DNA from: a virus
Taxonomy: Duplodnaviria; Caudoviricetes
Length of the DNA: 36,935 nt
Virus record (IMG/VR): IMGVR_UViG_3300032135_000029
Span: 1 to 36,935 of that record
Direction: 5' to 3' (one strand)
Part shown: piece after piece, positions 24,173-33,034 of the stretch
Layout: every line of letters starts with the position of its first letter
How positions within the stretch are numbered: position 1 is the first letter of the stretch
Program-made: the position numbers and the translations under genes
The notes under the pieces: model-generated
What the model was told of the DNA's origin: nothing
Databases searched by the model: none
What the model saw: only the letters and a program-made list of their open reading frames with translations

Positions 24173-26926
24173 TTAGACCCCCTGCATTTGTAGTCGGCGA
24201 AGCATCTCTTGTGCTGCGGTTGCGGCGTCCATGAGTCCGTAGAAGTGGTTCTCCTGCGTAATCCCGGAGCTCTTGCCCTTGCCCGACAGCATTTCGTCGA
24301 GCTTCGACAGGGGAATGACGGCCTCAGGCTCGCTGCCCTCACCGATCATCGCCAACGTGGCGCGGTCAACAACACCACCGTCTGCCAAGTACGGGATATT
24401 GGGGATGCCAAACGACTTGCCGCCGACACCGGGCACCCAGTCGGGGACGCTGAAGTTGACCTTGCCGACCGAGTTATTCCAAAAACGGGCGACCGCGTTA
24501 AACGCCGCCTTGAATGGCGCCGTGATCTTAGAACCGACCGACGACATGAAGCCGCCGATCTTCCCTGGGATGTCCTTGAACCAGCCAAGAACTGAATCGA
24601 CATAACTCTTGACGTTCGTCTTGAACGTCTTGAAGTACCCGGATGCCTTGGTTCCGATGCCGGAAATGTACTCAGCGATCTTTCCGGGGATGGCCTTAAA
24701 GTAACCCGTAACGCTGTCGACATAGCCCTTAATGGTGGCCTTGATTGTCGTAAAATAGCCCGCGATCTTGGTCCCGATATTGCCTATGAATCCAGCAATC
24801 TTGCCGGGTATGGCCCTAAAGAAATCGAGAATCGCCGTCCAGTTGGTAACGATCAGGCCGAGCGGAGAGTAGCCCCACACCTTCTTAACGAGATCCCATA
24901 CATTGCCAAGGAATCCACTGACTGCATCCCATCCAGCGGAGAACGCCCCTTTAATGGCGTCCCACCCAGCGGAGAGAACTTCCGTGAACGTCTTCCACAA
25001 CTTCTGCCCGGTCTCGGTCTTGGTAAAGAACCACACGAGGCCGGCCACCAATGCGGCAATAGCCACGACCATCAACCCAATAGGGTTGGCACTGAGTGCA
25101 GCATTGAATAGCCATTGGGCCGCGGTAGCGACGCCCGTTGCGATGGCGCCCGCGATTACTATCGCGCGTGTTGCAACATGGGCGGCTGCCTGGGCAATTA
25201 GCCCAGCGGCCACGCGAGCTGACGATGCAACCCATGTGGCGGCAACCGCGGCTGCGGATATTCCGGCCTGGATCTTGGACGCTACCCATACGGCAGCCAT
25301 GCGCGCATGAGACGCAACCGTTATGGCTGCGCCCTTCACGGCTTCGGTCGCGTATAGCGCCCAGATAGCGACGGTGACAGCACCGGACGAAACGGCGGCA
25401 GCGGCTGATGCTATCCACGATCCGATGACCTTGTAGCCGGTGACCGTGTGGGCTATGCCCGCACGGATCGCAGCCGTCTCAGTCAGGAACCATGCGGCCA
25501 CAGCCTTCGCGGCAGAAACTGTGGCCACGGTGGCCCATGTGGCGAGCCCCGGCAGGAGGACGGCAGTGATGACCCCGGCAACAGCGATGGCCTTATCTTT
25601 ATTGTCATTGACCCATGTGGAGAAGTTCTGAACAGCGGGGATCGCAGTGCCGGTAATGTAGTCGGCAACGGACACGAGTGCGTCCCGTGTCGCGGTCAAA
25701 ACGTCGCGGAACTTTCCGCCCGCGCCTTCGCCGTTCTGGAACTCGGTAACGAATCCCTGGATGGCTGGCACAACGGTTCCGGTGATGTAGTCGCTGACGA
25801 CAGTGAACGCCGCGAACGTTGCATCAATGGCGCCCGGAAGCCATTCGCTAAACCACGTCGCCAACTCTTGAACCTTGGGCGCGAGTTTTTCGCCAATGGA
25901 AATGGCCGCATCTGAGAACACGGACTTGATCCGCTCCCATGTGCGCCCGAGTCCCTGGTCCATCTGTTCGTAGGCCGCATCGGTGGCGCCTGCTGATGCA
26001 TCCATCTCGGACAGTGCGCCCGTGAAGGCCGAGTTATCGAACAGGGCCAGTGCTGCCTGACCGCCCTCGACCGAGCCGAACAGGTCGCTAATGCCGATGC
26101 CAGAATCTGCGGCATAGTTGCCCATAATGTCAAGGGCATCGTTGACGTTTCCGCCTGATGCGATGAAGTCCTTAAACGTCTTGCCCGACGCATCCTCGAA
26201 CACCTTCGCCGTGTCACCGCCAGCCTTCGACAGTTCAACAAACAGTTGTCGCATCTGCGTGGTAGCGACGTTGGTGGGAACACCCTGCGCAGTCATCGCC
26301 GCAAGTCCCGCTGTGACGTCACCAAACTTGACCCCAAGCGCCGCTGCCGTGGGGGTCACGTTGAACAGGCTCGAGGACAGTTCCTCAAAGTTGGTTTTAC
26401 CGAGTCGCACGGCAGTGAACATTTGGTCCGACGCTGTGGCCGCATCAATGACATCGTCGCCGTAAGCGTTGACCACAGACGAGATTCCATCAACCGCCGT
26501 GGTGAGCTCAGTCACGCCACCCAGCGCGGCCTTCTGTGCGACCTCTAGGAAGTCGAACACGCTGCCCGCTGGCACACCTGCCGAGATTGCCTGATAGAGC
26601 GCCGGCACAACCTCATCGGTAGTGGTGCCCATCTCGACAGCAAATGCGCGCGTGTCGTCGGTCATCGACTGCATGGCCGTCTCGGTGATGCCAGGGAGCA
26701 AGGTGAAGACTTCATTCATACCGGTCTGCAAGTTCGCGAAAGACTTCACGCCATTGACTGCAAACGTGGCAATAGCAGCAGCGGCCACAACGGTCCCGGC
26801 AACAAACACCTTGCCGAGTGCCGCGCCAGCCGCCGACATCTGCGGGGTCGCCTCTCTAGTGAGTGCGGCCCCGAAGCCCTTCGCCGAGGGGATCACTGAG
26901 AGCGTACTGAAGCCTATCGATGACAA
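24173..26926 (-). CDS. Tape measure protein
   Basis: 917 aa, Ala/Gly-rich, TP901-type N-terminal domain, ANPIG motif, periodic aromatic repeats. Confidence 0.95.
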   Translation of the reverse strand: MSSIGFSTLSVIPSAKGFGAALTREATPQMSAAGAALGKVFVAGTVVAAAAIATFAVNGVKSFANLQTGMNEVFTLLPGITETAMQSMTDDTRAFAVEMGTTTDEVVPALYQAISAGVPAGSVFDFLEVAQKAALGGVTELTTAVDGISSVVNAYGDDVIDAATASDQMFTAVRLGKTNFEELSSSLFNVTPTAAALGVKFGDVTAGLAAMTAQGVPTNVATTQMRQLFVELSKAGGDTAKVFEDASGKTFKDFIASGGNVNDALDIMGNYAADSGIGISDLFGSVEGGQAALALFDNSAFTGALSEMDASAGATDAAYEQMDQGLGRTWERIKSVFSDAAISIGEKLAPKVQELATWFSEWLPGAIDATFAAFTVVSDYITGTVVPAIQGFVTEFQNGEGAGGKFRDVLTATRDALVSVADYITGTAIPAVQNFSTWVNDNKDKAIAVAGVITAVLLPGLATWATVATVSAAKAVAAWFLTETAAIRAGIAHTVTGYKVIGSWIASAAAAVSSGAVTVAIWALYATEAVKGAAITVASHARMAAVWVASKIQAGISAAAVAATWVASSARVAAGLIAQAAAHVATRAIVIAGAIATGVATAAQWLFNAALSANPIGLMVVAIAALVAGLVWFFTKTETGQKLWKTFTEVLSAGWDAIKGAFSAGWDAVSGFLGNVWDLVKKVWGYSPLGLIVTNWTAILDFFRAIPGKIAGFIGNIGTKIAGYFTTIKATIKGYVDSVTGYFKAIPGKIAEYISGIGTKASGYFKTFKTNVKSYVDSVLGWFKDIPGKIGGFMSSVGSKITAPFKAAFNAVARFWNNSVGKVNFSVPDWVPGVGGKSFGIPNIPYLADGGVVDRATLAMIGEGSEPEAVIPLSKLDEMLSGKGKSSGITQENHFYGLMDAATAAQEMLRRLQMQGV

Positions 26927-26960
26927 ATTGATTCACCCGTTTCATCAATCGACGGACGCG

Positions 26961-27734
26961 TTAAGCGACCTTGTTGGACTTCTGCATGTTGCAAGAAAGG
27001 TGTGCGAGTGCCAGATTCTTAGGTTCGTTTGTTCCGCCGCGTGATCTGGGGATGACATGGTCAATCGAAGGGCACATGAAGCTTTCGGAGCGCTTCACGG
27101 TCATGTCCACTGGCTCACGGCAGATCGAGCATGTTGGTCCGTCGCGCTCCGCCAGTTCCTCAACAGAGAGACATTCGCGCCGCCAGCCGTCTCGCTGGCA
27201 CGAAGCGCAGAGACGCCCGTTTGATTTTCTGCGATTGCCGCTCTTGGTCAGGTCGGTCAACCGTGTGATTGCGCCACACTGGACGCACTCTCGCTCAGTC
27301 GGAACGTCGCCCGCGTAGGTGTAGAACAACCTCTCGCATCGCTTGGAGCAGAGATTGCGGGACTTGATTGAGCGGGACTCTGACCCGCAGACGACGCATG
27401 GCTGCATCTCGTGCCAGATTCGCTGCACAAACTCAACGTCGCCATACTTGCGCTTGCGCGAGTAGTGCTTGGCGCAGAGCCCCTGGCCGTGGGCCTGGGC
27501 AGTACAGTCCCGCACTGAGCAGGTCGCCCTTACTCGGCGCTGCTTCGGAATGAACGGTCGGGGTTCGGCCTGCCCCCACTTGTACTTGAAGGGCTTGGGG
27601 TCCTCGCCGGTCCTGCGCCATTGGGCATAGTGGCTTGCGCACCAGGAGCGCTTGCGCATTGGCTGTTCGCAACCATCGACAGCGCATGGCCCAACGTTCG
27701 GGGTTCTGCGCCTACGGGCCTCGCGTTGCTCCAC
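26961..27734 (-). CDS. HNH endonuclease with multiple Zn-finger repeats
   Basis: Two C-x4-C-x9-C-x2-HY repeats, further CxxC pairs, and ERDGPTCSIC...IDHVIPRSRGG...NLALAHLSCNMQK. GTG start after GAGGGAG. Confidence 0.9.
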   Translation of the reverse strand: MEQREARRRRTPNVGPCAVDGCEQPMRKRSWCASHYAQWRRTGEDPKPFKYKWGQAEPRPFIPKQRRVRATCSVRDCTAQAHGQGLCAKHYSRKRKYGDVEFVQRIWHEMQPCVVCGSESRSIKSRNLCSKRCERLFYTYAGDVPTERECVQCGAITRLTDLTKSGNRRKSNGRLCASCQRDGWRRECLSVEELAERDGPTCSICREPVDMTVKRSESFMCPSIDHVIPRSRGGTNEPKNLALAHLSCNMQKSNKVA

Positions 27735-27772
27735 GTCGCTCCCTCGTGCGCAAAGCCCCACCGAGGGGCGTT

Positions 27773-28155
27773 TTATGTGATTCGCCCCTCGGCGATGGCT
27801 GCCTCGCGTTCGCGTTTGCGAATCAGCGCGGCCTTGCGTGCTTGTGCCACCTGTGGGTCGATGGCCTTCTCGTGCTTCGGTTTTGCGGGGTGAGGTTCGC
27901 CTGTCTGCACTTCCCACAACTGCGCGGTGAGATAGTGCTCAAGCGTCCAGCCCCCGGACCCCTCGACGATTGCGACCGCCGAGTCAAGTGGGAGGCTCTT
28001 GAGGCGAACATGAATCATCCGCAACGTGAGACGCCGCGAACCGTTGGCATCGAAACGCCAACGGTCGCGGTAATCAATCTGGTGATAGCGGGAAAGGTCG
28101 GACTCCACCGCATCCGCGTGATCACGGAGCAGGCGGAGGAGTCGCGTTATTCCCC
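27773..28155 (-). CDS. Tail assembly chaperone, frameshift extension (gpGT-like)
   Basis: The -1 frame is open from the slippery site: GGITRLLRLLRDHADAVESDLSRYH... Confidence 0.85.
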
Positions 28156-28461
28156 CGGCGTCATCCCCATTGCTTCGGCGATGACGCGTGCAAGGTCGTT
28201 GAGGTCGCGCACGGTCGGCTTGTTCTTAGCCTTGAACGCGGCGTACCTGTCAGCGCCCATGATTCCGGCGACAGCACGTGCGCCCTTGCCATCCTCGAAG
28301 GCTTCCGCAACTTCAATGGGGCAGTCTTCAATCGTGGCGGGGAGGATAAACTCCTGATCGCGCCACGTGATAGTGACAGTCTCGCCACCCTCGGCTTCGA
28401 TCTGTGCGGCGGACTTCTTGTGGTCCTGGGGCTTAGTGGCTCCGGCTGGGATTTCAGACAT
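28147..28461 (-). CDS. Tail assembly chaperone (gpG-like)
   Basis: Ends CCG GGG GAA TAA; upstream of tape measure; AGGAG RBS. Confidence 0.9.
   Translation of the reverse strand: MSEIPAGATKPQDHKKSAAQIEAEGGETVTITWRDQEFILPATIEDCPIEVAEAFEDGKGARAVAGIMGADRYAAFKAKNKPTVRDLNDLARVIAEAMGMTPGE
28150..28156 (-). promoter_or_regulatory. Programmed -1 frameshift site GGGGGAA
   Basis: Immediately before the TAA stop; the downstream ORF is in the -1 frame. Confidence 0.85.
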
Positions 28462-28472
28462 GCGCGGTTCTC

Positions 28473-28712
28473 CTATTTCGTTACGAACGTGACATCAACG
28501 ACGATGAACCCGCCGTCGATCTTGGTGGTGGTGCGAGAAATGAGCGAGGAGCGGTCGTCGGTCTCGTCCGAATCTTGCTCGTCGTCAGTGCCCATCTGCA
28601 TGAGTACTGACGCGACACGAGATCGGTGTTGGCGCAGGACTTCACCCTCGCCATCGGCTAGACCGAGTTCGACCGCCTTGGTGTTGATCTGCTCCTCACT
28701 AGGGAGTGGCAT
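28473..28712 (-). CDS. Hypothetical acidic protein
   Basis: AAGGAG RBS; flanked by identical 12-bp AGGAGAACCGCG sequences. Confidence 0.7.
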   Translation of the reverse strand: MPLPSEEQINTKAVELGLADGEGEVLRQHRSRVASVLMQMGTDDEQDSDETDDRSSLISRTTTKIDGGFIVVDVTFVTK

Positions 28713-28759
28713 CGCGGTTCTCCTTGGTTTTGTGTTGTGCTTGTGGCATACTTGGTGGC

Positions 28760-29023
28760 ATGGAAACTAAATGCCCGTCCTGTGGTCATGCGTTTGAGCC
28801 GAGAATCAAGACCCGGCGCGTAATCGACTTTGAACACCTTGCCGAAGTGGCCGAGGTTTATCGGCGCGAATTGCACTCAGGGAAGCCGACCGTAATGGTC
28901 CAACTTCACTTTCACACCTCATGGCGATCAGCCGCCCGCTACGTGTCTCTCGCGCGTGAGGCTGGGCTTATACCCGAAGTCGAGAAGCACACCGGGAGGC
29001 CGAGGAGTGTTGATGCGTGGTGA
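28760..29023 (+). CDS. Counter-oriented small protein with CxxC and HTH-like C-terminus
   Basis: TTGGTT, 17 nt, CATACT with an upstream TG (extended -10), 7 nt before ATG. Sequence KCPSCG...VAEVYR...SWRSAARYVSLAREAGLI. Confidence 0.7.
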   Translation: METKCPSCGHAFEPRIKTRRVIDFEHLAEVAEVYRRELHSGKPTVMVQLHFHTSWRSAARYVSLAREAGLIPEVEKHTGRPRSVDAW

Positions 29024-29041
29024 TCGCGGTTACTGGTGGTG

Positions 29042-29082
29042 CAGCCCGCCCCGGCGAACCGCGTGAACTCCGGGGCGAGCTG
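29042..29082 (-). other. Stable hairpin after the major tail gene
   Basis: 13-bp stem CAGCTCGCCCCGG/CCGGGGCGGGCTG (one G-U pair on the - strand), 15-nt loop, no U tract. Confidence 0.75.
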
Positions 29083-29087
29083 GTCTA

Positions 29088-29867
29088 CTAGGCGCTGACG
29101 GTGACCACGCTCGGGGCAGTCGAGACGACGCCCCCGAAGTTGGCCGACACACTCGACGTGCCAGTTGCGACCGCGGTGACGTAACCCGCTGAAACGGTGG
29201 CCTTGGCGGGGGTCGCGGAGACCCAGTTCGCCTTGGCCGTAATGTCGCCGGTCGTGGCGTCGGTGTAGGTCGCGGTTGCGGTGAGCTTCTTGATGATTGC
29301 GCCACCAAGTGACAGCGCCAACGTGAGCGGCGTGATGGCAATGGATGCGATCTCGGGTGCCGCCTGCTTGGAGAACAGAACGCCCGCGTCGTCGGGGAAG
29401 ATCGTCACATCGAACGTGCGCCCAGTAAGGTCTTCCTCGCTGTCCTTGATGGAGCCATTGAGGTCCACCTGCGCATAGTTCTTTGAGATCATGCGCTTGA
29501 CCTTGCCGCCCGTGGTCGTCTCGAATGCGACCATCTGGTTAACAACGACTGGCACCTTAAGTTCGGTGGACGTCGATCCGGGCCATGCGAGGGCTCGGGT
29601 GGTGGCATTGTCCTCAAGCGCCGTGAACTTGTACATCGACTTGTGGTTCTTGCGCGTGGTGGCAACGAGGATGCCGCCCCATGCGTAGTGGTCCTTCTTG
29701 TCCTCGGAGCGGCTGTACTCGAAACCTGCGGAGCCGTCGAGAAGGCCGACCGCTTCCCATCCCGCGCCGAACGCGGCGGACTCGTCTGCGGGAAGTGCTG
29801 TGCCGATTGGTGCTACCCAGACCTCGGCGTTGGCCCAGACTGATGCATTGGCGGTGGTGCCGGTCAT
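29088..29867 (-). CDS. Major tail protein with C-terminal Ig-like domain
   Basis: VWVAPIGTALP...GWEAVGLL...AWGG; C-terminal SIAITP...WVSATPAKATVSAGYVTAVATG (Big_2-like); GAAGGAG RBS. Confidence 0.9.
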   Translation of the reverse strand: MTGTTANASVWANAEVWVAPIGTALPADESAAFGAGWEAVGLLDGSAGFEYSRSEDKKDHYAWGGILVATTRKNHKSMYKFTALEDNATTRALAWPGSTSTELKVPVVVNQMVAFETTTGGKVKRMISKNYAQVDLNGSIKDSEEDLTGRTFDVTIFPDDAGVLFSKQAAPEIASIAITPLTLALSLGGAIIKKLTATATYTDATTGDITAKANWVSATPAKATVSAGYVTAVATGTSSVSANFGGVVSTAPSVVTVSA

Positions 29868-29932
29868 GATGTCTCCTTCGGGAGTGGTTGGTGGAATCGC
29901 GGTTCGCCTCGCCCGAAGGTGAGGGAGTTTAG

Positions 29933-30340
29933 TTACGCCTCGGAGTACGAGGTGTTGACGCGCACCGTTGCAGTGGCGAGTTGTGCGCCCGTGTCGGCGT
30001 CTTTGGTCGGCTGCATACCCGTAAGGAAGTTGACTGACTGAATGCCGCCACCACCTGGGTGCGCGAGCATGATTCCTTGAGCGAGGCCGGCCAGCGACTT
30101 CGCCGCGGTCGTACCGGTAGCCCATGCGGTGAGGCGAATGGTTACGGCTGCCGTCATCGGGTAGGTGGCGCTAGGTGTGCCGTCCGACATGACCTGCACG
30201 TGCGGCTTGGTGGCATCGGCCCAAGGTGTCGGCTCGTTGACGCCACACGTGACGTTCTGCCCACGTGTGGCGAGTGCTGCGGTGAGGTAGTCAACAGTGG
30301 CGCGCTCAGCGTCAGTAGGAATGGCTACGGGCTTAGTCAT
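29933..30340 (-). CDS. Tail terminator
   Basis: Synteny (gene before major tail protein) and size. Confidence 0.7.
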   Translation of the reverse strand: MTKPVAIPTDAERATVDYLTAALATRGQNVTCGVNEPTPWADATKPHVQVMSDGTPSATYPMTAAVTIRLTAWATGTTAAKSLAGLAQGIMLAHPGGGGIQSVNFLTGMQPTKDADTGAQLATATVRVNTSYSEA

Positions 30341-30627
30341 TTCTTCCCGCCCTTCTTCGACTTAACCTCGAGCCCCGTTGCGGCTGCAGCCTTGGTGAGC
30401 AAGCCATGCTTGGCTTCGATGGCTGCGGCGTTGGGTTGAGAGAACATGACGACCGTGACCGCACGGTCGGTGGTGAAGTCCTTAGTGCTGACCTTGCCGC
30501 CATGGATGTGGTCAGAACTCCTGGCCTCTTCGGCGATACGTTCAGCGGCCTCGCGCACGGGCCTAGCCATCTGCACGCGCAGCACTTCGCCGATGCCGTC
30601 ATAATCGAGTTTGATGACCATGCTCAC
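30337..30627 (-). CDS. Neck/tail completion protein
   Basis: Synteny; EAKHGLLTKAA motif. Confidence 0.7.
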   Translation of the reverse strand: MSMVIKLDYDGIGEVLRVQMARPVREAAERIAEEARSSDHIHGGKVSTKDFTTDRAVTVVMFSQPNAAAIEAKHGLLTKAAAATGLEVKSKKGGKK

Positions 30628-30947
30628 GCCCTCGTGCAGTTAATGACTACGCCCATAGGCCAGTCGGCGATCTCACCCTCAACGCGGCACACAACGCCAC
30701 GGACACGCACCGTGTCGGTGTAATAGGCGACGGTGCCGGGGGGCGCATACAACGCCCACCCGATCACCACGCCCTCATTGCCGCGCTCAGTCGGCTCGCC
30801 CGTACCGTCTGTGGACGATGTGCGGGGCGCAACCTTGACGTCGGTCACCGGGATCTCCGTGGACGTCGACGGGAGCGGGTCGCCGTATGCGTCGAAGCCA
30901 CCGGGAGACTCGCGGATGAGAGTCACCGTTTCGCCCGTGTAGGTCAT
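30624..30947 (-). CDS. Head-to-tail stopper
   Basis: ETVTLIR...DAYGDP...DTVRVRG...VEGE pattern and synteny. Confidence 0.8.
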   Translation of the reverse strand: MTYTGETVTLIRESPGGFDAYGDPLPSTSTEIPVTDVKVAPRTSSTDGTGEPTERGNEGVVIGWALYAPPGTVAYYTDTVRVRGVVCRVEGEIADWPMGVVINCTRA

Positions 30948-31411
30948 GGCGTCACGCCGTCAATGAACGTTGCCGGGGTAACGTATGACGTGTTGGTAGC
31001 GATGTCGTAGTAGCTCGATGCCACCGTGTCGATCGCGAACACCTTGTTAGCACCAAGGACGTTGTTCAGGTCCGCACGATCCGAACGGGAGAGCCACGGG
31101 GAACCATTCGACGAGCCAGCCACGAACGTGGTCTGATTCGAAAATGGCCCCGTAGTGACGCCGGTCTGCTGCGTACCGGGCACCATGCCTGCCGGCGCCT
31201 GCTCGAGTACGCGGGCAACCATGCGGGACGTGACAATTGAGACCGTTGCCGGAATCGTCAGTGCGTCATAGTAGGATTCGCCCTTACCCAAATGGGCAAG
31301 GACCTTGACGGACGCCTCTTCGAGAAGTCCGGTGACCTTAACGGTCTCAGTTGCTGTGAGTGCCCGACCGAGGCGTGTTACTACGTCCGCGCTTGTTGCT
31401 AGTGGTGTCAT
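30944..31411 (-). CDS. Head-to-tail adaptor
   Basis: LATSADVVTRLGRALT...LLEEAS...MVARVL...GPFS. Confidence 0.85.
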   Translation of the reverse strand: MTPLATSADVVTRLGRALTATETVKVTGLLEEASVKVLAHLGKGESYYDALTIPATVSIVTSRMVARVLEQAPAGMVPGTQQTGVTTGPFSNQTTFVAGSSNGSPWLSRSDRADLNNVLGANKVFAIDTVASSYYDIATNTSYVTPATFIDGVTP

Positions 31412-31544
31412 TGCGGGCTACCTCCTTGGCGGGCTTTACTGGACTCACAGCGGGGACTGGCTGCCACTCGCCGCCCAGCCGGGCAGCCGTCTCGCTAGAA
31501 CACGAGACGACTGCACCGGACTGGATGTTACGAAGACGAGGCAT
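31347..31544 (-). CDS. Small protein following the capsid gene
   Basis: TAATG overlap with the capsid stop; its 3' end overlaps the adaptor gene by 65 nt. Confidence 0.6.
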   Translation of the reverse strand: MPRLRNIQSGAVVSCSSETAARLGGEWQPVPAVSPVKPAKEVARNDTTSNKRGRSNTPRSGTHSN

Positions 31545-32440
31545 TAGACCAGGTCGTGGATCTTGGCGAACGCGTTCAGGTCAGCGATGCCCCAGCCGTA
31601 AACGACCTCGGCGCGGAACGCGACCTGGTTCTTGCGCTTGAGGTCGCCACCACCGTCGGGGTCGCCATACTTGATGACCTCAAGGCCAATCGACTTCTGG
31701 ATGCCCCAGCGGATCGCGCTGAAGTCACCGGCAAAGCCGAGGACCTTGGTGTCAACGGCGAGCACGCCAGTGCCGTCGACCGTGTTGGACACGGACGCGC
31801 GGTGACCATCAAGTTCGGACACCTCGGTTCCGAGCTGGAAGTTGGGGTACAACTTCTGCTCGGAGTTAGTGCCGCGCAGTGCCGAGAACTTTGACGCGTA
31901 GGTCGGGGACAGTGCGATGTCGCGGGGAATGAACCCGTCAGCAAGCACGAGCGCGTCTGCCGCGTCGAGGCTCACGTAGGGCTTGTTCGCTGCGACGTAC
32001 TCGACCAGGTTCGTCGTGTCCGTGAGGCCACCGTTCATAGCGGCCACAATGGCTCCGCCAGTCGGGTTGATCTCGTGGAACACACCGAAGTCCAGCGCAC
32101 GCGAAAGTGACGGCTGAATCTCGGCGAGGATCTGGTCGATGACAGCCAACTGGCGGTCCTCGTCAGCCCACAGAACCTCTTCATTGAAGCGGAGGGTCTT
32201 GTGGAACTTGAACGGCTTAACCGTCTTGGTCGTCGGCGTGACGGTCGATGCGCCCTTGTCCCCACCCTCTCCGACGTACTCCGCTTCGCCGATGCTGAAC
32301 GTCCAGCTCTCGCCTTCGCCGTAGGTCATCGGGATCGAGTTGGACAGGGCCGCTACTGCGGAACCATTCTTGATGGCACCGAGCCACGGGTCGAGCTTCT
32401 GCTTCGGGATCGTGAGTGATCCGGTTGCGAATGAAGTCAT
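31544..32440 (-). CDS. Major capsid protein (HK97 fold)
   Basis: AEYVGEG...GDFS...DLKRKNQVAFRAEVVYGWGI; GAAGGAG RBS. Confidence 0.95.
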   Translation of the reverse strand: MTSFATGSLTIPKQKLDPWLGAIKNGSAVAALSNSIPMTYGEGESWTFSIGEAEYVGEGGDKGASTVTPTTKTVKPFKFHKTLRFNEEVLWADEDRQLAVIDQILAEIQPSLSRALDFGVFHEINPTGGAIVAAMNGGLTDTTNLVEYVAANKPYVSLDAADALVLADGFIPRDIALSPTYASKFSALRGTNSEQKLYPNFQLGTEVSELDGHRASVSNTVDGTGVLAVDTKVLGFAGDFSAIRWGIQKSIGLEVIKYGDPDGGGDLKRKNQVAFRAEVVYGWGIADLNAFAKIHDLV

Positions 32441-32459
32441 TGCGTTCTCCTTCTAGGGG

Positions 32460-32948
32460 TTATTCGCCGGACTTGAACAAGTTCTGCGCGAACTCGCGCA
32501 TTGGGTCGTCCTTGGGGTCCGACTGTGATGTCTTTTGGTGGGGTGCACGAGGGCCGCGCGATGCGTCAGCCTTGAGGTCCTTGAGGAGTTCGTCGGCGTC
32601 GGCTTCCAGTTCCTCGCGCGTACTGCCCACAAGCCGCTTGGCCTGCGTGGGGGTGAGGCCCTTGACGAGTGCGACTTCGGCGCGGTTAGCACGTTCACGT
32701 TCAGTGGTGGTCTCCGTTTTGGATGCCGCCGCTACGTCGAGCGCCTTCTGCAATTCGGTCTTGCCCTCTTCCTGGGCCTTGTCGAACTCAGCGGCCTTCG
32801 CGACCACGGCGTCATAGTCAGCAAACTTTGCACGCTCGCGCGCCAGCCTGCCCTCGATGATGTGATTGAGTTCGTCCTGGGTGGCCGGAGCCTTCCAGTC
32901 GTCCGCCTTCGATTCAGTGACGTCGGGCGTAGTTACTTCTTCAGCCAT
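32460..32948 (-). CDS. Scaffolding protein
   Basis: TQDELNHIIEGRLARERAKFADYD...KTELQK...GSTREELEADA. Confidence 0.9.
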   Translation of the reverse strand: MAEEVTTPDVTESKADDWKAPATQDELNHIIEGRLARERAKFADYDAVVAKAAEFDKAQEEGKTELQKALDVAAASKTETTTERERANRAEVALVKGLTPTQAKRLVGSTREELEADADELLKDLKADASRGPRAPHQKTSQSDPKDDPMREFAQNLFKSGE

Positions 32949-33034
32949 GAGTGATTCCTCCGCTTACGGCCCGTCGGCCATTGGTCCGTGCTTTTACGCG
33001 CACGTAGCGTTACCCCCACCAGGTGGTGGGACAG

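Noticed and set aside
29868-30125. Long N-terminal extensions in the ORF track (major tail, also SSB, RusA, ATPase, RecE, integrase)
   Set aside because: They overlap upstream genes; downstream starts have RBSs or stop/start overlaps and match the expected domain starts.
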